Of a stretch of DNA of 64,000 bases, positions 28,545-36,110 are shown piece by piece (the stretch's first letter is position 1; the number at the start of each line of letters is the position of its first letter). Source of the stretch: Candidatus Omnitrophota bacterium (lineage in GTDB: Bacteria; Omnitrophota; Gorgyraeia; Gygaellales; Profunditerraquicolaceae); the NCBI GenBank assembly GCA_043809145.1, contig JAZDED010000012.1:3994-67993 (forward strand), written 5' to 3'. Below the pieces are notes generated by a model. It did no database searches and was not told the DNA's origin. It worked only from the letters and a program-made list of their open reading frames with translations. The position numbers were made by a program, and so were the translations under genes.

Positions 28545-29171
28545 TTAAGTAGTTCTCTTTTGCCTATAAACTTCGTTTAATAATTCTTCAGTAGTTTTTA
28601 ATCCCTGTTGTGAATCAAGGGCTTTCTTAATCATTAGGCTTGCCTCGGCCCTTCGATAACCTAATTGAGTAAGTACTGCCAGAACCTCTTCTTGGATATC
28701 CAGATTCTGCATTTGTTCTTTTTTTACTTCCCTGTCCTGTATGAGCCCGAATTTGCCTACTTTATTTTGGAGTTTAGCCACAATCTCTTTGGCTTTTTGT
28801 TGTCCTATTCCCGGCAGCCCTTTTAAAAAATCAATATTACCTTCGTCGATTGCCTGTGCAATTAATGAAATAGGCTGATTTAAGGCTTTGAGCGCAGCCC
28901 GCGGCCCGATACCGGAGACAGTGATAAATGCTTCAAAAAATTCTTTTTCTACCTCATTCAGGAAACCGATTAAAACTGGAGTGCTGCGTGAAGGTTCGAC
29001 CGTGTAATAGTGATAGGTTATGAAACTGACCATTCCTTCATTAGATGTATGTTCGGTTATTCTCTGTATAACTGTAAGCGGTAAGAGAACTTCGTAAAGA
29101 AATTCTCCTATCTCCAGTAAAACAGAGCTCTTTTTAGTTTCAATTATTTTTCCGGTTATCCGAGCAATCAA
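28545..29171 (-). CDS. ruvA: Holliday junction DNA helicase subunit RuvA
   Basis: 208 aa with N-terminus MIARITGKI and HhH motifs (VSGIGPRAALKAL, LPGIGQQKAKEIV). Confidence 0.93.
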   Translation of the reverse strand: MIARITGKIIETKKSSVLLEIGEFLYEVLLPLTVIQRITEHTSNEGMVSFITYHYYTVEPSRSTPVLIGFLNEVEKEFFEAFITVSGIGPRAALKALNQPISLIAQAIDEGNIDFLKGLPGIGQQKAKEIVAKLQNKVGKFGLIQDREVKKEQMQNLDIQEEVLAVLTQLGYRRAEASLMIKKALDSQQGLKTTEELLNEVYRQKRTT

Positions 29172-29650
29172 ACCTTAACCCCCGATATCTGTTTATAGGC
29201 AATCGCTAAAGCCAATGCGTCTGTTACATCCATATATTCAGGCACTGTATTTAGGTTTAGGGTCCCTAAGACCATCTTTTGGACTTGTTGTTTTGAAGCC
29301 AGGCCTCTGCCGACAATTGCTTTCTTTACCCGGGTTGCCGAGTATTCGATTAAAGGGATCTTATTTTGAGCTGCGGCCAATAGTACCAAGCCTCTTGCCT
29401 GCCCAAGAATGTAGGCGGTAGTGGTGTGATGATAATGTACATATATCTTTTCTACGACCATCACCTTGGGTTTTGATTCGTCTATTAATTTACACAAGGC
29501 CCGGTATATTTTTTCCAGCCTCAAAGGTAGAAGTTCTTTACTTGATGTAATAATTGCTCCGGCCCTATAAAGGCAAAGCGAATTGTTTCGTACATCAATT
29601 ATTCCGAAACCGGTTATCTTTAAAGCTGGGTCGATCCCCAGTATCCTCAT
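29168..29650 (-). CDS. ruvC: crossover junction endodeoxyribonuclease RuvC
   Basis: 160 aa with N-terminus MRILGIDPAL (catalytic Asp) and ruvC-ruvA order. Confidence 0.93.
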   Translation of the reverse strand: MRILGIDPALKITGFGIIDVRNNSLCLYRAGAIITSSKELLPLRLEKIYRALCKLIDESKPKVMVVEKIYVHYHHTTTAYILGQARGLVLLAAAQNKIPLIEYSATRVKKAIVGRGLASKQQVQKMVLGTLNLNTVPEYMDVTDALALAIAYKQISGVKV

Positions 29651-29659
29651 AGATAATTT

Positions 29660-30412
29660 TTATGATGAAGCGAGTTGCTCAATTATTTCGTCAGGTATAT
29701 CGAAATTTGCATAAACTCCCTGAACATCCTCATGCGCTTCCAAGCCATCAATCATTTGCAGTAGTTGTTTGGCATCATTGCCGGTTACTTTAACCGTTGA
29801 CGCAGGGATCATGGTTATCTCGGCATCCTGCCATTTAATGCCTTTTTCCTGAAGGCTCATTTTTACTTTTTCTAAGTTCTGGGGAGAGGTGAAGATTTCA
29901 TAATTCTTATCGTCAGACTTGATGTCTTCGGCCCCGGCATCTAGAGTAATGGTCATTAGCTCTTCTTCCTGTATCTGGCTTTTTTCTATCATAATATAGC
30001 CTTTTTTGGTAAACATCCAACTGACTGAGCCAGCTCCGGCCATATTTCCACTTTTTTTAGACATTATATTGCGTAATTCCGCAGTTGTGCGGTTTTTGTT
30101 ATCCGTAAGCGCTTCTACTAGAACAGCTACTCCTCCTGGTCCGTAGGCTTCGTAGTTTACAGATTCATAGATGACTCCAGGGAGTTCTCCTGTACCGCGC
30201 TTAATGGCCATTTTTACATTATCTTGAGGCATATTCGCTTCTTTGGCTTTAGCCATGGCAGCCCTTAGTTTGGAATTATTTTCAGGGTTTCCTCCCCCTT
30301 CGCGCGCAAGAACAGTAATTTCCTTGATTAGCTTGGTATAGGTTGCGCCTTTGACAGCATCAGCAGCAGCTTTTCTCCCCTTATTAGTCTTCCATTTAGA
30401 ATGTCCTGACAT
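29660..30412 (-). CDS. yebC: YebC/PmpR family DNA-binding transcriptional regulator
   Basis: The canonical N-terminus MSGHSKW begins at the second Met, with an AGGAGGG SD 8 nt upstream. The ORF-track start at 30442 is a 10-codon overextension. Confidence 0.9.
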   Translation of the reverse strand: MSGHSKWKTNKGRKAAADAVKGATYTKLIKEITVLAREGGGNPENNSKLRAAMAKAKEANMPQDNVKMAIKRGTGELPGVIYESVNYEAYGPGGVAVLVEALTDNKNRTTAELRNIMSKKSGNMAGAGSVSWMFTKKGYIMIEKSQIQEEELMTITLDAGAEDIKSDDKNYEIFTSPQNLEKVKMSLQEKGIKWQDAEITMIPASTVKVTGNDAKQLLQMIDGLEAHEDVQGVYANFDIPDEIIEQLASS

Positions 30413-30432
30413 TTCTTCTACCCTCCTAAATT

Positions 30433-30498
30433 CCTGCGCCAATAGGCGCAGGGATTTACTCCGTCAGCCGTAATAATAGTATTGCTGACGGAGTAAAT
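30433..30498. repeat. two adjacent perfect palindromes in the yebC 5' region (8-bp stem 30433..30452; 15-bp stem 30454..30498)
   Basis: The two palindromes are cctgcgcc-aata-ggcgcagg and atttactccgtcagc-15 nt-gctgacggagtaaat. Confidence 0.8.
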
Positions 30499-30606
30499 AT
30501 CTGTTCAAATACTAAGCATACGAATATTTATCTCCGATACACATACGTTAGTATTGTACCTCCGGAGTAAATATATCTAGACAAAATCGAAGCATACGAA
30601 TATTTA
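30489..30606. repeat. two ~42-44-nt direct repeats (period 74 nt) abutting the 3' end of rnpB
   Basis: The two copies are CGGAGTAAATATCTGTTCAAATACTAAGCATACGAATATTTA (30489..30530) and CGGAGTAAATATATCTAGACAAAATCGAAGCATACGAATATTTA (30563..30606). Confidence 0.8.
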
Positions 30607-30607
30607 C

Positions 30608-31090
30608 GCCAGACAGAATAAGCCGGGTTTTGTCTTATGGCGAATTCGCGCCTTCAGTAGCCATTTCTCTAAGACCCGAAGTTACCTTCGGGTTCAAGCA
30701 GCCCACCCGCCCATACATCCTTCAGTAGAATAAACAAAGGACTAAAAGGGGATATTCCTTAGACTAACCAATTGAAGATTAGTTGTACGGGCCTATTTGG
30801 CCTTGCTCCGCGTAGAGATTGCTGCGTTTCACCCCCGCACCTTTTTTAAATATTAAATTATACCAGGTTGCTTATAAAAATAGGATTACTTGATTCAAAA
30901 AAAGGTGCGGGACTCGTCTCTGTAGCTCTCCTGCCAAAAAAAATTAGCAGGCCTGTTTACCCGGAGGTAACAAGAATCCTCAGACCGCCTTCCTAAAAAG
31001 GCAATCTGGACGGGAGTTACCCGCTACGCTTACCCCTGGAGCCCGGACTTTCCTCCCCGCGTCTTGCGGGGCAGCTACTTTCTGTCTGGC
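30608..31090 (-). ncRNA. rnpB: RNase P RNA (bacterial type A-like)
   Basis: The minus strand carries the hallmark motifs GAGGAAAGTCCGGGCTCC, GGAGCAAGGCCAAATAGG, GGCTGCTTGA, TAGAGAAATGGCT and ACAAAACCCGGCTTAT. P1 pairs GCCAGACAGAA with TTCTGTCTGGC. It is about 480 nt long because of a 78-nt hairpin insertion. Confidence 0.92.
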
Positions 31091-31489
31091 AAGCTCAATT
31101 TTTACAGCCTGTGTAGCTAATTTATCCGCACCGCTGTTTTCCTGGCGTGGGATATAATTAATATAGACTTCTTTGAATCCTGTGATCAATTGCCAAACCC
31201 GGACATTTAGTTCGATAATCTTAGGGTCTTTAACTTGGTAAACTTTAGTTAATTGGCGATGCATAAGTTGACTATCGGTCTTAACGGTGATATTGTCCGC
31301 CCGAAGATTTTTAAGTTCATGTAATCCGTGTATCAGCGCGGTATATTCTGCTACATTATTAGTGGTTTCACCGATGTAAACCGAAATATTCTTAATTACC
31401 TTTGTGTCCCGGTAGATAATTACCCCGATTCCGCTTGGCCCGGGATTTCCTTTTGACGCGCCGTCAACGTAGATTTCAAATTTTGGCAT
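30980..31489 (-). CDS. rnhA: ribonuclease HI (C-terminal ~36 codons read through the 5' part of rnpB)
   Basis: RNase H fold motifs are present: YVDGASKGNPGPSGIG, VAEY, TDSQL and SGADKLA. I place the start at MPKFEIYVDG (31489), 3 nt after the upstream stop. The first in-frame stop is at 30980, inside rnpB. Confidence 0.8.
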   Translation of the reverse strand: MPKFEIYVDGASKGNPGPSGIGVIIYRDTKVIKNISVYIGETTNNVAEYTALIHGLHELKNLRADNITVKTDSQLMHRQLTKVYQVKDPKIIELNVRVWQLITGFKEVYINYIPRQENSGADKLATQAVKIELARQKVAAPQDAGRKVRAPGVSVAGNSRPDCLFRKAV

Positions 31490-31491
31490 TT

Positions 31492-32211
31492 TTAATCTTC
31501 TGTATACAGTATCCTGTTGCATACTTCACAGGTGATAATGCGTTCATACATTTTTATTAGGTTAATTACCTGCGGAGGGACAAACATGTGGCATCCCTGG
31601 CAAGAATTGTTTGTTACCGTTGCAATAGCCAGCCCATTGCGATTACTCAGTATCTTATTATATTGAGAAAGTATTTTTTTATCTATTCCCGGAGTAAGTT
31701 GCTCTCTTTGTGTCTCAAGCTGGGTTAGTTTTTGTTCGATTTCTTTAACCGTGTTTTCAATCTTAGCCTTCTCCTGATTGAATACAATTTCTTCTTGCGC
31801 TAGAAGCTTTCTTTCCGATTCTACCGTATTTTTTAGATTATCGATTTTCTCCATAATTTCCAATATCTTGTCTTCAATAAAGGAATTATCAGCTTTTGAG
31901 TCATCAATCTGTTTGAGCATAATCTTATACTCGTTATTAGTTTTAAGCTGGTAGAGTTGGGATTGCAACTTTTTAATTGCCTCTTCCTTGCTGCCCATTT
32001 CCATTTCTTTGTCTTTTTTTTGTTTGGTTAGCTCCAAGGCTTCTTTATCTAATTCTGTCAATTTCTGTTTTTTTTGTTCGAAGGCTGTTTTAAGAGCTTC
32101 AATTTGAACAGGAGCGCTATTTTTTTGAGCTTTGAAATGGTAAATTTCACTATCGAGTTCCTGAAGTTGAGTGAGAATATTTAGATGAACTTTTAAATTT
32201 AGCACGGACAA
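31492..32211 (-). CDS. COG1579-type coiled-coil protein with C-terminal C4 zinc ribbon
   Basis: Long coiled coil followed by CQGCHMFVPPQ...CEVCNRILY. I place the start at TTG 32211, with SD AAAGGAG upstream. The ORF-track N-terminus (to 32298) is a translation of tRNA-Val. Confidence 0.8.
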   Translation of the reverse strand: MSVLNLKVHLNILTQLQELDSEIYHFKAQKNSAPVQIEALKTAFEQKKQKLTELDKEALELTKQKKDKEMEMGSKEEAIKKLQSQLYQLKTNNEYKIMLKQIDDSKADNSFIEDKILEIMEKIDNLKNTVESERKLLAQEEIVFNQEKAKIENTVKEIEQKLTQLETQREQLTPGIDKKILSQYNKILSNRNGLAIATVTNNSCQGCHMFVPPQVINLIKMYERIITCEVCNRILYTED

Positions 32212-32230
32212 GTTATACACTCCTTTTATA

Positions 32231-32304
32231 TGGGCGCAGAAGGACTTGAACCCTCGATCTCCACAATGTGAGTGTGGCGCTCTAACCAACTGAGCCATGC
32301 GCCC
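32231..32304 (-). tRNA. tRNA-Val (CAC)
   Basis: The reverse complement folds as a 74-nt cloverleaf: GGGCGCA TG GCTC AGTTGGTTA GAGC G CCACA CTCACAT TGTGG AGATC GAGGG TTCAAGT CCTTC TGCGCCC A. Confidence 0.93.
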
Positions 32305-32357
32305 TATTTTTTTAGCCGTTAGCCTCTTTTAGATTCTCTGCGTGCAGGCTCTATTTT

Positions 32358-32429
32358 TGGGCCCAGAAGGGTTCGAACCTACGACCAAGTGATTATGAGT
32401 CACCTGCTCTACCACTGAGCTATGGGCCC
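32358..32429 (-). tRNA. tRNA with CAT anticodon (Ile2/lysidine type or elongator Met)
   Basis: The reverse complement folds as a 72-nt cloverleaf: GGGCCCA TA GCTC AGTGGTA GAGC A GGTGA CTCATAA TCACT TGGTC GTAGG TTCGAAC CCTTC TGGGCCC A. There is one U-U mismatch in the T-stem. It has no initiator features. Confidence 0.85.
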
Positions 32430-32554
32430 CTGTTAGTTTAATTCTCAAAGTTAATGCTCTATGATACTATTATTTGGATATTTTAGCAAGGGAAAAGTTG
32501 ATTAGGGATTTGTTCTTAGATGGGCAACATCCGTATAGCCAGTGTGTTACGTTT

Positions 32555-32636
32555 AAAAAATAAAAAAAGGCAAGGGGAAATCTAATAGCTGCTTCCATGG
32601 GCTTACCAGCCCGCTGGTGGTTTAACCCCTTACCTC
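32555..32636 (-). terminator. long hairpin + U-run downstream of the PilZ gene (terminator or small structured RNA)
   Basis: On the minus strand, gaggtaagggg...ccccttgcctt forms an 11-bp stem (with G-U pairs) enclosing ~48 nt, followed by tttttttatttttt. Confidence 0.4.
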
Positions 32637-32674
32637 GCTTCCTAGTATTAATATAACATAAACGTAGCTAATTT

Positions 32675-33019
32675 TCAAGAAATATAATTGGTATTGGCGT
32701 ATTTTTCGATGGTTTCTTTGTTTTTGGGCGTAAGGTTTAGGAATTTTATACCAGCCAAGAATATGTATTGTGATTCCGGTGTTGGGCTACATTGTACCAC
32801 TCTGCCTGTTATTCTTATCCAATCCTGGCAGATGGAGGGAATTTTTACCTTTAAATGCAGCATATCTCCAATTCCTAAATATTTTTTTGTAATTATTTTG
32901 ATACCGCCGGCACTTATATCCCTGATAAAGCTTTTTTGCCAGATGGTGTTTAGATTAGATGTTTCAAGATATTGAACAATCAGGCTTTTGCGGATTCGAT
33001 TGTTTTGTCTTTTTTCCAT
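32675..33019 (-). CDS. PilZ domain protein (c-di-GMP receptor type)
   Basis: 114 aa with an RxxxR motif (RQNNR) and a D/NxSxxG motif (DISAGG). Confidence 0.85.
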   Translation of the reverse strand: MEKRQNNRIRKSLIVQYLETSNLNTIWQKSFIRDISAGGIKIITKKYLGIGDMLHLKVKIPSICQDWIRITGRVVQCSPTPESQYIFLAGIKFLNLTPKNKETIEKYANTNYIS

Positions 33020-33026
33020 CCATAAA

Positions 33027-36000
33027 TTAGTTGCCCCGCACTTTGATGATTGGCACGGGAGAGATGATTATTTCTACTCTTCTATTTTTTTGCCTGCCTT
33101 GTGCTGAAGAATTACTGCCCACAGGCTTAAATTCACCGTAGGCGTTTATGGAGAGGCGTGATGGGCTAAGGCCATTATTTTTCACAAAGTAATTTAAAAC
33201 CGATATTGCCCGGGCGCTGGATAGCTCCCAATTTGATTTCCAACCGGAGTGTTTTATGGGTTCGTTATCAGTATAGCCTTCAATAATAATTTGGCTATCT
33301 TTTGCTTCGTCTTTTAATACATCCGCAATTCTGTCGAATATATTCGAGCTTTCTGGTTTTATCTTAGCGCTGCCGGAGTCAAACAGGATATCTGAAAGCA
33401 CTGTCACAACGATGCCTTTATTAGAAAGCTCAAGTTTCATTTTGTAATCTTTTATTTCTTGGTTCAAGGTTTTCTCAATCTTTTCTTTGGCATTTTCCAG
33501 GTCTGTGATCCACTTGGCAGCTTCCAAGGCAGTCTCATCTTGGCGGGATATAAGATCTTGGTTGGCCTGTTGTAGTTCCTGGACAATTCCTTCTTTTTTG
33601 GTTAAGTCAGTCCGCCACCGATTCAGCTGGGTTTCATATTCGGTTAATTTGCTATTTTTTTCCGTTAATTCCTTGTTTAGTTCGCTTAATTTAGCGGTAT
33701 ATTCAGTGTTAAGTTTTTTAATAGCATTGACATGCCCTTCGGATTCCTGCCGAATCGAGGCGATTACTCTATCCTTCTCTTCGATTTTTCGATCGGCATT
33801 ATTTTTTGCGGATTTTATTTCAGTATTCAAACGTTCAATCTCCAGATTACTTTTTATTATAGTTTTTTCTGTGTCGTTTAATCTATCTTGCGTGCTAGAT
33901 AATTTCTTTTCCGTGGTGTTCTGGGTTTCGTTTTGTTTGTTTTTTATGCCTTCTAGAGCTTCAGTCAAGCTTTTGTTTAGGGACTCGGCTGACAAGAGCG
34001 TATTTCGTGAATCTTTAAGCTTATTTTCTTTCTGTTGAAGTTCCTCTGCGATAGACCGATTCTTATCCTTAAGGTTTAGTATATCTTTATCGGATTTTTT
34101 CTGAAGTACTTCAATATTGTTTCTTAACTCGGTTACATCTGATTGTCTGGATATAACCTCTTTAGAATGTTGTTCAATTAATTTACTAATTGTTAAATCA
34201 TTTTTATTTTTTAGCTTCTCTAATTCTTTTACCTGCTGCATACTTTGTGCCTGTATTTGTTTATTTAGAGCAGCTATTTCCTGATCTTTTTCAGACTTTA
34301 GCTTATTCAGGGATGCCTCGTGTTTTGCCGTTAAATCCTTAGCTTCCGCATCCTTTTGAGATCCGGCCTTTTTTAATTCTGCGGTTAAACCGATTATCTC
34401 CTGATCCTTTTCAGACATTAGCTTCTCTAATTCTTTCAGATGACTTGTTTTTAGATCGGCAATTACTTGATTATTTTGCTTTCCTGATTGATTTAAAATC
34501 TGGTCACTCTCTGCCTGGAATCTGGATAACTTTTTATTTGATTCATTTTCTTGATTTTTCTTATTCTGTTCAAGCTGATTAACTAGCGCCTTGAGAGTTG
34601 AGCTATCCATTTTTAGCAACTTGTTTTCATCATTAAGTTTATTGCGGCTATCGCCAAGGAGGGTAAGTTCATCTTTAAGTTTTTGGATATTATTGGCGTA
34701 ATCGTTAACCTGCGAGGAATATTCATGTTTTTGTATATTTAACTGGCTATTTATGGAAGACAGTTCTCTATCCTTTTCTAATAATAGGGCATTGCTTCTT
34801 TTTTCCTGAGCCTTATTACTTTCGATTAGGTTACTTAGTTTATCCTTGGCAGCGGCGAGTTGTGTGTTTAAGGCCTGCAACTCCTTTTCTTTCGTAGAAA
34901 GCGTTTTTTCAGCCTCTTTAGACCTGGAAGCAGTATCTGTGCTTTCCTTGCGGGAATCTGTTAATGAATATTCTAATTCTTTAACTCTTGTTTCTTTTAA
35001 TGTCAGCTCTTCCTGCGTTTTTTGAAGCAAATCATTAATTCGTGAAATCTCCTGTGCATCTTTTTCAGTAATAGATTTATTTAATTTTTTTGCTTCATCT
35101 AAAGCCGAAATAACCTTTTTTTGTTCTGCTTCGTTAGCAGAGATTAAATCAAGGATTGTTTTATTCTTAAGCTTTAGGTCTTCAATCTGGGATTCATAAG
35201 CAGACTTAAAGGCTTGAATGTTTTCTTTTATTTTCTTGGTAATCTCATTCTTTTCCTGCACTGCAAGGTTGTACTTATTCTGCCAGCCTTGGGATTCATT
35301 GGAGAGATTTTCGACTTTGGTCATAAAGCTATCGCCAACGGCTTTAATCTTTTCCTGATACTGATTATTAGCTTCATTTAATTCTTGTTGTTTTTGCTGC
35401 AGGGTACTATTTAAACTTTGAATTCCGGTGCCTTTTGCGGTCAGGTTATTTGCCATTAATTCGAGCTGTTGTTTTAAATTTATAATACTGGCATCTTTGA
35501 CAGCTATTAGTTCATCCTTTTTATTCATATCTTCCAAAGCCATATTCCTGCGTTTTAAACTTTCCATTTTGAAGGTTTCTGTATCTTTATCTTTCTGATC
35601 CAAGTCTTTTTTTGCCTTAACTAATTTATCTTGTAGTAGGATAATATCTTGTTTTAGGTTATTAATTTGATTTAACAAGGCAGTGTCAGCTTCTGCAGAT
35701 TTAGGAGGCAGGGGCAAGGGCTGCGTGGGAGCAAATTTTCTTTTGGTTTGCACAGTAAATTCTACCGGTTTCTTAGGAGCAATTCTTCTGCCGGTTTGCG
35801 CAGGAAGTATTGCTGGTTGAGCGGTTAATGCGGGCGATGAAGGAGAATTTATTTTACGCAGGTAATCCTTGGCAACTATGTTTCCTGGCTCAATAAGAAG
35901 TGCCTTATTAAATTCATCCGCTGCCCTCTCCAGGTCATTGGTATCAAAAAGGAATTTTCCGTATTCAACGAGAAATTTTACCGCTAATGACGAATTCTCA

Positions 36001-36083
36001 TCACCCGCTGCCATGGTAACACGCGTATTTAAGGCAAAAAAAACCATCATAATACAAATCATTAAACTTATGCCTGTTTTCAT
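33027..36083 (-). CDS. OmpA/MotB-domain protein with signal peptide, TPR-like module and ~750-aa coiled coil
   Basis: 1018 aa. From the N-terminus it has a signal peptide (..TRVTMAAG), a TPR-like pair (YGKFLFDTNDLERAADEFNKALLIEPGNIVAKDYL) and a Pro-rich linker. A K/E/Q/L-rich heptad-like region follows. The C-terminal OmpA_C motif is IIIEGYTDNEP...NWELSSARA...NRRVEI. Confidence 0.85.
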   Translation of the reverse strand: MKTGISLMICIMMVFFALNTRVTMAAGDENSSLAVKFLVEYGKFLFDTNDLERAADEFNKALLIEPGNIVAKDYLRKINSPSSPALTAQPAILPAQTGRRIAPKKPVEFTVQTKRKFAPTQPLPLPPKSAEADTALLNQINNLKQDIILLQDKLVKAKKDLDQKDKDTETFKMESLKRRNMALEDMNKKDELIAVKDASIINLKQQLELMANNLTAKGTGIQSLNSTLQQKQQELNEANNQYQEKIKAVGDSFMTKVENLSNESQGWQNKYNLAVQEKNEITKKIKENIQAFKSAYESQIEDLKLKNKTILDLISANEAEQKKVISALDEAKKLNKSITEKDAQEISRINDLLQKTQEELTLKETRVKELEYSLTDSRKESTDTASRSKEAEKTLSTKEKELQALNTQLAAAKDKLSNLIESNKAQEKRSNALLLEKDRELSSINSQLNIQKHEYSSQVNDYANNIQKLKDELTLLGDSRNKLNDENKLLKMDSSTLKALVNQLEQNKKNQENESNKKLSRFQAESDQILNQSGKQNNQVIADLKTSHLKELEKLMSEKDQEIIGLTAELKKAGSQKDAEAKDLTAKHEASLNKLKSEKDQEIAALNKQIQAQSMQQVKELEKLKNKNDLTISKLIEQHSKEVISRQSDVTELRNNIEVLQKKSDKDILNLKDKNRSIAEELQQKENKLKDSRNTLLSAESLNKSLTEALEGIKNKQNETQNTTEKKLSSTQDRLNDTEKTIIKSNLEIERLNTEIKSAKNNADRKIEEKDRVIASIRQESEGHVNAIKKLNTEYTAKLSELNKELTEKNSKLTEYETQLNRWRTDLTKKEGIVQELQQANQDLISRQDETALEAAKWITDLENAKEKIEKTLNQEIKDYKMKLELSNKGIVVTVLSDILFDSGSAKIKPESSNIFDRIADVLKDEAKDSQIIIEGYTDNEPIKHSGWKSNWELSSARAISVLNYFVKNNGLSPSRLSINAYGEFKPVGSNSSAQGRQKNRRVEIIISPVPIIKVRGN

Positions 36084-36110
36084 AGTGTTAACCCCTTTTT
36101 AAGATATAGC

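Noticed and set aside
30489-30606. The tandem direct repeats with a spacer could be mistaken for a mini CRISPR array.
   Set aside because: There are only two imperfect copies, of 42-44 nt with indels. No cas genes are in the window, and the repeats abut rnpB. This does not fit CRISPR architecture.
31492-32298. ORF-track N-terminal extensions of several genes: 31492..32298, 30980..31522, 29660..30442, 9620..11095, 12519..12878, 6561..7589 and 57675..58091.
   Set aside because: The extra N-terminal codons either translate a tRNA gene (AQLVRAPHSHCGDRGFKS is the reverse complement of tRNA-Val) or overlap the upstream gene. In each case a canonical family N-terminus with an SD lies downstream, so I trimmed these starts.
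32555-32650. Possible small SRP (4.5S) RNA. The minus strand contains GGAAGCAGC, which is part of the conserved SRP helix-8 motif, inside a long hairpin ending in a U-run near the tRNA genes.
   Set aside because: The hairpin is only ~80 nt. I could not build the characteristic helix-8 symmetric and asymmetric loops or a GNRA tetraloop; the apical loop would be UGGUAA on a GGGC/GCCC stem. A 9-mer match is expected by chance about once in a window this size. It is more simply the PilZ-gene terminator. A cmscan with RF00169 would settle it.
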